Shown here: piece by piece, positions 15,260 through 23,194 of the stretch
Layout of the letters: each line of letters starts with the position of its first letter
Position numbering within the stretch: position 1 is the first letter of the stretch
From: an uncultured Candidatus Saccharibacteria bacterium
GTDB taxonomy: Bacteria > Patescibacteriota > Minisyncoccia > Phycocordibacterales > Phycocordibacteraceae
Assembly (NCBI GenBank): GCA_964546795.1
Contig: CAZJKG010000001.1
Span: forward strand, 1-59,689
Length of the DNA: 59,689 nucleotides
Reading direction: 5' to 3'
Notes under the pieces: generated by a model
Seen by the model: only the letters and a program-made list of their open reading frames with translations
Told to the model about the DNA's origin: nothing
Databases searched by the model: none
Position numbers and translations under genes: made by a program

Positions 15260-17980
15260 ATGAAATCAGTCCTTTACGCCCGGGTTTCAACCGAGGAACA
15301 AAAAAGCAATCAAACCATCGACACTCAAATTCATGGCATCGGTGGAATGTTGCAATATGCCATCAATCACAAATTGCCGGTCCCGGACGAGACAATGATG
15401 TTCATTGATGATGGCTTCAGCGGAGCGACACTGATACGTCCGGCTCTCACTGCTTTCCGTGAGTATTTGAAAACGCATGACGATGTCAGCTATTTTCTGG
15501 TTTATGACGCCGACCGAATCGGCCGAGACACGTATAACCAACTGATTATCCTTGAGGAGCTCAAAAAGAAAAACGTCACCATCCATTTTAAGACCGGCGA
15601 GCTCGGATCAACCCCGAACGATAAACTGCTATTCACCATCTTAAGCGCGTTCAGTGAATTCGAGAGAGCAAAAATAATGGAGCGAACCCAGCGCGGAATG
15701 AAAAGAAGAATAGAGTCCGGCAAATTTAATGGCGGACGTCCGCTTTTCGGATATCGATACAATTATGCGATCGGCAAACACGAGCTTGACGAAACCGAAG
15801 CTAAGGTAGTGAAGATGATTTATGACTGGTACACCGAGGACAAACTCAACATCAGACAAATCCAAGCCAAACTATTTGAGCTTAAAATCCCCACTAAATA
15901 TGACGCTCTGAAAAATAACGAAAAGAATCGCAAGATGAAAGGATTGAAAAAGTTTCCGCTGGGCTGGTGGAGCGAAGTGACAATACGAAACGTTCTGGCC
16001 AACGAAGCGTACACCGGTCGATGGTACTGCTGTAAAAATCAGACCATCAAATTGGACGTGGCGAATCTTCGGACGGGGAAGCCTAAAGTCAGACAAATCA
16101 AAAGAGCCAAAGAGGAATGGTTTCCGATAGAGATACCAAGGATCGTCTCCGATGAACAGCATAAGAAAGGACTCCTGCAAGCTAGAAAGAATTTGATGTT
16201 CGCCAAACGATGTACCAAGCAAACATATCTACTGCAAGGACTCATCCGATGCGGTAAAGACCATCTCAAGTATCGCGGTCATCAGGAAAAAAGTGGCGTC
16301 ATTTATTACTACTGCAAAAGCCGGATGAATAATAATCCGGTAGAGAATTGCCATAGTCCGTATCTGCGAGCGGATCAGATCGAGCCAATAGTTTGGAACA
16401 CGGTACAATCGATCTTGAAAAATCCGGAAGATGTTTTTAACACGTTCCGTGACGAATCCATACTGAACGAGGAACGAGCCAAAAGTATCGAAGGCCGATT
16501 AGATTATATATCCGGCGCGGTCAAAAAACTTGAGGTGGCCAAGAAACGAATCACCGAGGCGTTTAAAGCCGAAGTGATGACGCTTCCGGAATTGAGGAAA
16601 GAGAAAACTGATATCGAACTTAGCGAGGAGAAGCTTATTTCCGAGCGTGATGCTTTGATGATGAAGCTCAACGTTCAGCATGACGTGAGCGCAAAGATCG
16701 ATCTGTTTAAAGAAACCTGCTATAAGTTTTTGAGCAAAATAAACGATCCGAAAATAGTGACAGAACGTCTGAAAAAAGATATAATCAAACTCTTAATTGA
16801 TGAAGTGGTGATCGAAGGCGAGAGCGTCAAGATTTTTGCCACCATCCCTCTGCCGAATAAGATTCACGAACGGGAAATGGACAAAACTGACATTCCCGGT
16901 ACTTTTAATGCTGGGGCCACATTAGGCCCGGTGAACGAAACGAATATGACCAGAATTTGGAATAAACACAAACAAACAAATACCCCTCTTAAAAGAAAGG
17001 TCTTCGTCGGGTTGTCGGGAGGAGTGGACTCCGCGGTGTCGGCGGCACTTTTGAAGCAGGCGGGTGCATACGTAACGGGCGTATTCATCAAGGGTTGGTA
17101 TCCGCCCGGGATGCCCTGCTCATGGGCAGAGGAGCGCCGCGACGCGATGCGGGTTGCGGCGCGGCTTCAGATACCGTTCCGTACGCTTGACGCGAGCGTT
17201 GAATACAAAAAGGGAGTCATTGATTATCTCTTGGCCGAATATCGCGCCGGCCGCACGCCGAATCCTGATGTCATGTGCAATCGTGAAGTGAAGTTCGGTG
17301 CGTTCTCGCGCTATGCCATGGCACAGGGAGCCGACGCCATCGCGATGGGACATTATCGCTCGGGAGAGAATGATCAGAGTTATTTCCTCTGGGCGGTGCC
17401 CAAAGACATTCTGGCCGGAACGCTGTTTCCCGTGGGTTCCTATGAAAAGAAAAAAGTGCGCGAACTTGCAAAGCATTTTGATCTGCCGGTTGCGCAAAAA
17501 AAGGACAGCCAGGGTATTTGCTTTCTCGGCAACATTTCAGTTGAAGAATTCCTGCGCAGCGAATTTGATGTTCTGTCCGGCCGTGCACTTGACGAGCAGG
17601 GACGCGTCCTTGGCCAGCACGGAAGCGCTCTACTCTCCACTATCGGCGAGCGCGTTGCGCTCAAGGGTGCTCTTGAGAAAGGTCCGTGGTTCGTGCTCGC
17701 AAAAGATGTCGCCAAGAATGAGCTTATCGTGGGGAAGACGCGGCTTCCGCATTCCGCTCCCTCGCACCAAGAGATACCATTCACCGATGCTAATTGGTTT
17801 GACGTACCGGAGAATGTTACGGAAGCGCACTATCGCTATCGAGGTCCGCATGTACCGGGAAGCATCAGGGGAGATCGTTTCGTGAGTTCGGAACCGCTTC
17901 CGGATATTCCCGCTCCCGGCCAATCGCTTGTTTTCTATCATTCTGGCGAACTTGTCGGTGGTGGTATTATTGCTTCATGA
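15260..17980 (+). CDS. chimeric open reading frame: large serine recombinase (about 579 aa) running without a stop into MnmA
   Basis: Resolvase catalytic motif VLYARVSTEEQ, recombinase domain (GGRPLFGYRY), Cys-rich zinc-ribbon segment, coiled coil. There is no in-frame stop before attR, so the frame continues into KRKVFVGLSGGVDSAV (MnmA P-loop). Confidence 0.8.
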   Translation: MKSVLYARVSTEEQKSNQTIDTQIHGIGGMLQYAINHKLPVPDETMMFIDDGFSGATLIRPALTAFREYLKTHDDVSYFLVYDADRIGRDTYNQLIILEELKKKNVTIHFKTGELGSTPNDKLLFTILSAFSEFERAKIMERTQRGMKRRIESGKFNGGRPLFGYRYNYAIGKHELDETEAKVVKMIYDWYTEDKLNIRQIQAKLFELKIPTKYDALKNNEKNRKMKGLKKFPLGWWSEVTIRNVLANEAYTGRWYCCKNQTIKLDVANLRTGKPKVRQIKRAKEEWFPIEIPRIVSDEQHKKGLLQARKNLMFAKRCTKQTYLLQGLIRCGKDHLKYRGHQEKSGVIYYYCKSRMNNNPVENCHSPYLRADQIEPIVWNTVQSILKNPEDVFNTFRDESILNEERAKSIEGRLDYISGAVKKLEVAKKRITEAFKAEVMTLPELRKEKTDIELSEEKLISERDALMMKLNVQHDVSAKIDLFKETCYKFLSKINDPKIVTERLKKDIIKLLIDEVVIEGESVKIFATIPLPNKIHEREMDKTDIPGTFNAGATLGPVNETNMTRIWNKHKQTNTPLKRKVFVGLSGGVDSAVSAALLKQAGAYVTGVFIKGWYPPGMPCSWAEERRDAMRVAARLQIPFRTLDASVEYKKGVIDYLLAEYRAGRTPNPDVMCNREVKFGAFSRYAMAQGADAIAMGHYRSGENDQSYFLWAVPKDILAGTLFPVGSYEKKKVRELAKHFDLPVAQKKDSQGICFLGNISVEEFLRSEFDVLSGRALDEQGRVLGQHGSALLSTIGERVALKGALEKGPWFVLAKDVAKNELIVGKTRLPHSAPSHQEIPFTDANWFDVPENVTEAHYRYRGPHVPGSIRGDRFVSSEPLPDIPAPGQSLVFYHSGELVGGGIIAS
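16946..17980 (+). CDS. mnmA: tRNA-specific 2-thiouridylase MnmA (host gene, N-terminus now supplied by the element)
   Basis: PP-loop SGGVDSAV, then NPDVMCN, GHY and CFLG motifs. Internal ATG 16946 (MTRIWNKHKQTNTPLKRKVFVGLSGG) is the first candidate start in the integrated state. A sharp AT-to-GC shift occurs at about 16,995. Confidence 0.8.
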   Translation: MTRIWNKHKQTNTPLKRKVFVGLSGGVDSAVSAALLKQAGAYVTGVFIKGWYPPGMPCSWAEERRDAMRVAARLQIPFRTLDASVEYKKGVIDYLLAEYRAGRTPNPDVMCNREVKFGAFSRYAMAQGADAIAMGHYRSGENDQSYFLWAVPKDILAGTLFPVGSYEKKKVRELAKHFDLPVAQKKDSQGICFLGNISVEEFLRSEFDVLSGRALDEQGRVLGQHGSALLSTIGERVALKGALEKGPWFVLAKDVAKNELIVGKTRLPHSAPSHQEIPFTDANWFDVPENVTEAHYRYRGPHVPGSIRGDRFVSSEPLPDIPAPGQSLVFYHSGELVGGGIIAS

Positions 17981-18453
17981 ATCCTATTGAAGATACCGAC
18001 GAACAGACAGGGATGAGTTCTCATCCCATATCGAACAGAGTGAATCATATGCGCCTATGGGTTGCTGCAGCTATCATCGCTTTCGTCGTCCTCATCACCT
18101 TTATGCTCTCCGTGCCACATACCCGCGATCTTGGCGTGAAGTCACCACTTTCTTCTGAGACAATAAGTGTTCCTGTCGTCACGTTGCGCGACGTCTTTAA
18201 GAAAGATCTCCATACCATCACTGGTTCGGTAGAGGCGCCGAACGCATGCGCTACCGCAAGCGCCGAAGCGAATATGATGAGCGACGCATCAAGCACACAA
18301 AGCATTCTTGTAGCTATTTCTATGCATACCGACACAGGTATCTGCCTCCAATTGCCGACTCCTATCTCTTTTCAAACAACGATCACGGCACCCGCACGTT
18401 TGCCGATCATCGCGACCGTCAACGGCGCGCCAGCGACCATAAGCGCACCATGA
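17977..18453 (+). CDS. membrane-anchored hypothetical protein
   Basis: 158 aa. TM segment LWVAAAIIAFVVLITFML. ATGA overlap with the mnmA stop. Confidence 0.6.
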   Translation: MNPIEDTDEQTGMSSHPISNRVNHMRLWVAAAIIAFVVLITFMLSVPHTRDLGVKSPLSSETISVPVVTLRDVFKKDLHTITGSVEAPNACATASAEANMMSDASSTQSILVAISMHTDTGICLQLPTPISFQTTITAPARLPIIATVNGAPATISAP

Positions 18454-19319
18454 CAAGGATGCCGATTATTAGTAAGGCAGACGGGACAAAGGAAATCTTC
18501 AATCCGGAGCGCCTCGTCGTGTCGCTTGAGCGTTCCGGCGCAGGTGCCTATGCGGCGCAACGCATAGCGGAAAGCATTACAAACACCGTCGCGCCGGGTA
18601 CGTCCTCAAAAGAAATTTATACGCGCGCGTTTGCGCTCCTGCGCAAAGAAGCACGTCCGGTTGCCGCGCGTTATGCGTTGCGCCGCGCGTTGCTTGAACT
18701 CGGTCCGTCAGGGCATCCGTTTGAAGATTTTGTCTCGCATCTCTTTCGGGCCGAGGGTTGGCAGGTGGAGACGCGTAAGACCATCCAGGGAAAGTGCGTG
18801 CCGCACGAAGTCGATTTTTATGCTTCGCATCCGGAACAGAACACTTTCATCGCTGCAGAATTGAAGTACCACAACGACCCGGGCTATAAAACCGATCTAA
18901 AGATCGCTCTATATGTGAAGAGTCGGTTTGATGATATTTTCAATTGCGACCCTTCTATCCGCGCATGCCCAATCGATAGAGGTCTGTTGGTTACGAATAC
19001 GAAATTCACTTCTGAAGCCATCGCGTATGCCGAATGTTCGGGCGTAGAACTCCTTGGCTGGGGGTATCCCGTGAACGAGAATCTTTTTACCCACATGAGC
19101 CGGGCAAAAGTATATCCGATAACCACACTCACCGGACTTTCCCGTGCCGAAAAATGGCTCCTTATTGAGCATGGCGTCATTGCTGTTGATGAAGTTATGG
19201 AAGACCGCCGTCGGCTCGATGTATTACATCTCACGAGCGAGCGGATAGGAGAGGTTCTAGCGGAGGTCGAGGGCCTCCTTGCGCTCCCCTCCATATCCCG
19301 TGATATTGTTCCCATATGA
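18450..19319 (+). CDS. ATP-cone domain protein fused to a restriction-endonuclease-like (Mrr/PD-(D/E)xK) domain
   Basis: Start ATG 18450 (ATGA overlap). N-terminus MPIISKADGTKEIFNPERLVVSLERSGA is ATP-cone-like. FEDFVSHLFRAEGWQV...HEVDFYA...AELKYH gives a D...E-x-K nuclease core. Confidence 0.75.
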   Translation: MTRMPIISKADGTKEIFNPERLVVSLERSGAGAYAAQRIAESITNTVAPGTSSKEIYTRAFALLRKEARPVAARYALRRALLELGPSGHPFEDFVSHLFRAEGWQVETRKTIQGKCVPHEVDFYASHPEQNTFIAAELKYHNDPGYKTDLKIALYVKSRFDDIFNCDPSIRACPIDRGLLVTNTKFTSEAIAYAECSGVELLGWGYPVNENLFTHMSRAKVYPITTLTGLSRAEKWLLIEHGVIAVDEVMEDRRRLDVLHLTSERIGEVLAEVEGLLALPSISRDIVPI

Positions 19320-19792
19320 TGAACCACTTTTCCATGAGTTCCTTTATCGTCGGTCTCATGTTCGGCGCCGTCCTTGCGGGCGCGTGGTTCTTTGGCGGCA
19401 CCTCCGGCTTCGCACCGGGACAACCTTCTTCAAGTCCCGCCGAGAGCAGTGAAGCATTGGGACAGGGAAGCGGGGCGGTTTCTGTCGCTGACCAACCATC
19501 AGGCAGCGAGGTTATTGTTGAATCGGTGACTGTACCGCCGCCTGGCGTCTGGGTCGCCGTGCGCGAAATGCAAGGCAGCACTTTGGGGAATGTGCTTGGT
19601 GCCGTACGGGTAAGCGGTCCGCGAAGCTCAATCTCCATCCCTCTCTTGCGCGCAACCGAGCCGGGTCGTCCTTACGCGGTACAACTGTACCGCAATGACG
19701 GCACTGATGCCTTTGACCTTTCTACGCTCAGCGTGTATGTGGATTTCGATTCCGGCGCGCGTGTCATCTCGTATTTCAAGACCACCGAGTGA
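19316..19792 (+). CDS. membrane-anchored hypothetical protein
   Basis: 158 aa. TM segment FIVGLMFGAVLAGAWFF, Ser/Pro-rich linker, small beta domain. ATGA overlap. Confidence 0.6.
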   Translation: MMNHFSMSSFIVGLMFGAVLAGAWFFGGTSGFAPGQPSSSPAESSEALGQGSGAVSVADQPSGSEVIVESVTVPPPGVWVAVREMQGSTLGNVLGAVRVSGPRSSISIPLLRATEPGRPYAVQLYRNDGTDAFDLSTLSVYVDFDSGARVISYFKTTE

Positions 19793-19793
19793 T

Positions 19794-20594
19794 ATGAAGC
19801 CCAATAGTTTCAGAGCGAGGACGCAAGGACCGTTCGACCCATCTTCACGCGAGCCGTTTAAGGTCAGTCGTTCCAAACTCGATCTCTTTACGGAATGTCC
19901 GCGCTGCGCGTATCTCGATATGCGGCTCGGCGTGAAGCGGCCCTCCATGCCGGCGTTTACGCTCAATAACGCCGTTGACGAGCTTTTGAAACGCGAGTTC
20001 GATATCCATCGCGCCCAAGCGTCCCAGCATCCTCTTCTGCAGCGCTACGGCCTTGATGCAGTGCCTCTCGTCGATGAGCGGATGGAGGAGTGGCGCGATG
20101 CGCTTCGTCGCGGCATCACGTTCCTGCATGAGCCAACAAACCTCCTCATTCGGGGAGGCATTGACGACGTCTGGGTCAATCCCGAAGGAGAATTCATCAT
20201 TGTGGACTACAAAGCGACCAGCAAGAAAATAGGCCCGAGTACCGTGGACGACCTGTACGATTCGTATAAGCGGCAGATGGAAATCTATCAATGGCTCTTT
20301 CGTCAGAACGGATTCAAGGTGTCACCGACTGGCTATTTCGTGTACGTCAACGGCAAGGCCGATGCGGAGGCGTTCGATGGAAAACTTGAATTTGATGTGG
20401 AACTTATTCCATACACGGGTAGCGACACGTGGGTGGAGCCGGCGATTTTTGACATGAAGGAAATGCTTCTGAGCAAAGAGATCCCGAATATAGGAACGTC
20501 GTTCGGCGGCGGTCCGTGCGAATATTGCACGTATCGGGAGAATGCCGGAAAGATTTTCCGTGAACTTCATACTAAGAATAAGAAGAAAGAATAA
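19794..20594 (+). CDS. PD-(D/E)XK nuclease family protein (Cas4/RecB-like, Cys-cluster)
   Basis: Start ATG 19794. GGIDDVWVNPEGEFIIVDYKAT core; N-terminal CPRC and C-terminal CEYC cysteines as in Cas4/AddB-type Fe-S nucleases. Confidence 0.75.
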   Translation: MKPNSFRARTQGPFDPSSREPFKVSRSKLDLFTECPRCAYLDMRLGVKRPSMPAFTLNNAVDELLKREFDIHRAQASQHPLLQRYGLDAVPLVDERMEEWRDALRRGITFLHEPTNLLIRGGIDDVWVNPEGEFIIVDYKATSKKIGPSTVDDLYDSYKRQMEIYQWLFRQNGFKVSPTGYFVYVNGKADAEAFDGKLEFDVELIPYTGSDTWVEPAIFDMKEMLLSKEIPNIGTSFGGGPCEYCTYRENAGKIFRELHTKNKKKE

Positions 20595-20603
20595 TTTGAT
20601 GGC

Positions 20604-20861
20604 ATGAAAAAGAATTCATTTGCCGACATAGTCCGAAATGCTGTACGCCAAATTCCAAAAGGCGAGACGCGTAGTTATGCGGCTGTGGCAAAAGCCGTCG
20701 GCCATCCCCGAGCCGCACGCGCCGTCGGCACTGTCATGAAGAATAACTATGACCCGACCGTTCCATGCCATCGCGTCATTCGAGCCGACGGTACGCTCGG
20801 CGGATACAATCGCGGCCGCAAACACAAGCGCGAACTATTGGAAAAGGAAGGGGCTCTCTGA
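20604..20861 (+). CDS. MGMT-family protein (O6-alkylguanine alkyltransferase DNA-binding/catalytic domain only)
   Basis: 85 aa with the active-site motif PCHRVI. Confidence 0.85.
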   Translation: MKKNSFADIVRNAVRQIPKGETRSYAAVAKAVGHPRAARAVGTVMKNNYDPTVPCHRVIRADGTLGGYNRGRKHKRELLEKEGAL

Positions 20862-20870
20862 TACGCAGAC

Positions 20871-21539
20871 ATGAAGGTTAAGATAGAACCGTCATGGGAG
20901 AAAAGATTGGCAGGGGAATTCGAGCAGTCGTATTTTACGGAACTCGCGGCGTTTGTGAAGAAGGAATATCAGGATGGAACGGTGTATCCGCCACCAAAGG
21001 ATATTTTCCGCGCGTTTGATCTCTGTCCGTTTGAAAGCGTGGAGGTTGTGATACTCGGCCAAGACCCCTATCACGGAGAACGGCAGGCCAACGGTCTTGC
21101 TTTTGCGGTCGGCGAGAAGGAAATTGTGCCGCCTTCACTCCAGAATATTTTTAAGGAGATCGAAAGCGATCTCAGGAAGCCGTTGGTGCACAAAAGCGGC
21201 AATCTTTCCCGGTGGGCGCATCAGGGCGTTCTCCTCCTTAACTCAACGCTTACCGTGCGTGCTCATGCTGCCGGCTCGCACCAGACGCGCGGTTGGGAAC
21301 TCTTCACCGACGCAGCCATCCGCGCACTCTCGGACGAACGCGAGCATCTCGTTTTCATGCTCTGGGGGAATTATGCGAAAGCGAAGGGTGCACATATCGA
21401 CCGGAGCAAACATCTCGTGCTTGAAGCCCCGCACCCTTCTCCCTTTTCTGTGAACAATGGCTTCTTCGGCTGTAAGCATTTCAGTCGCGCAAACGAGTAC
21501 CTCATTGCCCACGACAAAACCCCTATCGACTGGTTGTAG
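20871..21539 (+). CDS. ung: uracil-DNA glycosylase, family 1
   Basis: 222 aa. GQDPYH water-activating loop and HPSPFS motif. Confidence 0.9.
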   Translation: MKVKIEPSWEKRLAGEFEQSYFTELAAFVKKEYQDGTVYPPPKDIFRAFDLCPFESVEVVILGQDPYHGERQANGLAFAVGEKEIVPPSLQNIFKEIESDLRKPLVHKSGNLSRWAHQGVLLLNSTLTVRAHAAGSHQTRGWELFTDAAIRALSDEREHLVFMLWGNYAKAKGAHIDRSKHLVLEAPHPSPFSVNNGFFGCKHFSRANEYLIAHDKTPIDWL

Positions 21540-21569
21540 CGCCGAGAAGTGCTAAGGGTACACAACAAC

Positions 21570-21599
21570 TTGACATCTTAGTATAAATGGTATTATACT
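21570..21599 (+). promoter_or_regulatory. sigma70-type promoter
   Basis: TTGACA (21570-21575), 18 nt, TATACT (21594-21599). Followed by a leader with AAGGAG before ATG 21654. Confidence 0.5.
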
Positions 21600-21653
21600 G
21601 CCTTTGGATATTCTGCTCATCAATAATAAAATCAAGAGAAAAGGAGATCCTCA

Positions 21654-22475
21654 ATGGAGACAAAAAAGATCGCAGTTGCTTGTTTCATCGGCGGTGTGCT
21701 CTGTTGCGCGGTTGCGCTTATGTTCGCGCCGGTCTACTGGTGGTTCGGTCTCATCGCGGGAATGGCGGGCGGCTACATCAGCTACGAGTTCCGTGAGGCT
21801 CGCAAAACGATTCCCATCGCCTTGCGCGCCGCCGGACGAGAAAGTGTGGTTATATGGGAGGACGCAATCGCACAAGCGAGAGAGTGGTTCTCCGAACCCC
21901 ACCCTTTCTTCTATTCTTCGGCAATTATAGCCGTTCTCATGTTTTTCTTGCTCCCTCCTCGCATGGACACAAAGGAGATAACCATCAGCCAACTGTTCGT
22001 AATGGGAGCCCTTTTCATCGAAATTCAAATATGGGCAACCATCTGTGTGGGACTTTTTACCTTTATCGGTATGACTAACCAAGAGTCTGAAGCGGAAGAA
22101 TCTCAGAGAAAACTGCTAAGCTACCAAGATTTCACTCGCTGGTTTGCCAAAGGTCTCGGTCTCACCATCTTGTTCTTCGTGTGGACGCTATGGAAGTATC
22201 TCGTCATCGCTGCATGGGCGGCAATCCGCTTCTTTGGTGAGTTCGCATGGCATTTGTTCAAGCTAATCCACTCGGAGAAGCGGGTGCTCTGTGCGCTCGA
22301 TGGAACGCTTGGTGGCGCCACGAGCTACATCTGGTTCGCGTCGGCGACGATGTCGTTTCCGGAGCAGGTGGTGTTCGTCGTCTTCGGCGGACTTCTCGGC
22401 GCCGCATTTGGCGTCGCGAACTGGGAAATCGTTTCCAAGGGAATCCTCCGTGTGCCTGCAAGCACTTCGGCGTAA
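21654..22475 (+). CDS. multi-pass membrane protein, unknown function
   Basis: 273 aa, at least six hydrophobic segments. SD AAGGAG 7 nt upstream. Confidence 0.7.
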   Translation: METKKIAVACFIGGVLCCAVALMFAPVYWWFGLIAGMAGGYISYEFREARKTIPIALRAAGRESVVIWEDAIAQAREWFSEPHPFFYSSAIIAVLMFFLLPPRMDTKEITISQLFVMGALFIEIQIWATICVGLFTFIGMTNQESEAEESQRKLLSYQDFTRWFAKGLGLTILFFVWTLWKYLVIAAWAAIRFFGEFAWHLFKLIHSEKRVLCALDGTLGGATSYIWFASATMSFPEQVVFVVFGGLLGAAFGVANWEIVSKGILRVPASTSA

Positions 22476-22590
22476 CAACGCCACAACTTCACTGGCGGTT
22501 CGGTAGATGTCAAACATCTCCAGCCGCCAGTTTTATTTTCTAAATTTTATTGATTGCCGGACTTCTACCATTTTAGGATATACTCGACAG

Positions 22591-23163
22591 ATGAACCATA
22601 CGCCGCAGATAAAAAAGGCAATTCAATTCGCGGCGCGCAAGCATCATGGGCACATGCGCCAAGAGACAGAACCCTTGCCGTATATCACCCATCTCTTTTC
22701 GGTTGCGCTCCTTGTCGCCGAAGATGGAGCGAACGATGATGTGGTGACCGCGGCGCTCCTGCACGATACGCTAGAAGATACTAAAACTACGTGCGAAGAG
22801 ATCATCGAGATTTTCAACGAGAATGTTGCGGGACTTGTCGAATCAGTGAGTGAGATAAAAGAAAAAGATGGGGCTACGCTCGATTGGAAAGGGCGTAAGA
22901 CGCACTATCTCGCGCAGGTCGAGAGCGCGAGTGACGATGCTGTGCTCATCGCCATTGCCGACAAGATAGATAATATCGAAAGCAAACTTGAAGCATTTCA
23001 GAAAGAAGGTGCGGTACTTTTGAAACGCTGGAAGCAGCCGGTAGAGGAATATCTGTGGTATCACGGCGAGGTATTGCGTATCGCTCATGCGCGATTACCA
23101 AAACATCGGCTCACAGCACGCCTTGCTGAGGCGCATGCGAAGGAACGAGAAACATTTTTGTAG
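22591..23163 (+). CDS. HD-domain phosphohydrolase ((p)ppGpp-hydrolase/SpoT-N-like)
   Basis: Start ATG 22591 (TATACT 22579-22584 lies 6 nt upstream). KHHGHMRQ...YITHLFSVA...LLHDTLEDT motifs. Confidence 0.8.
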   Translation: MNHTPQIKKAIQFAARKHHGHMRQETEPLPYITHLFSVALLVAEDGANDDVVTAALLHDTLEDTKTTCEEIIEIFNENVAGLVESVSEIKEKDGATLDWKGRKTHYLAQVESASDDAVLIAIADKIDNIESKLEAFQKEGAVLLKRWKQPVEEYLWYHGEVLRIAHARLPKHRLTARLAEAHAKERETFL

Positions 23164-23194
23164 ATTCTAAGCCGGTTTGCTACAGTAGAGGAGT

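Larger units (their letters stand above)
11941..16996 (+). mobile_element. 5.05-kb integrative element (large serine recombinase type) inserted in the 5' end of mnmA
   Basis: Shared core AAAAGA at 11941-11946 (attL) and 16991-16996 (attR). The element is AT-rich relative to mnmA and carries wHTH, DUF5659-like, RepO-like and serine recombinase genes. The reconstructed attP gives the recombinase a TAA stop. Confidence 0.7.

Noticed and set aside
1-17000. The whole AT-richer left 17 kb as one genomic island
   Set aside because: Only the 5.05-kb element has definable ends. I see no repeats or integrase bounding the sigma/MacAB/cupin/TspO block, and the window starts inside it, so island status cannot be judged.
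18246-18449. 68-codon upstream extension of the ATP-cone/nuclease ORF
   Set aside because: It overlaps the preceding gene in another frame and is Arg/His-rich nonsense-like. ATG 18450 gives an ATGA overlap and a proper ATP-cone N-terminus.
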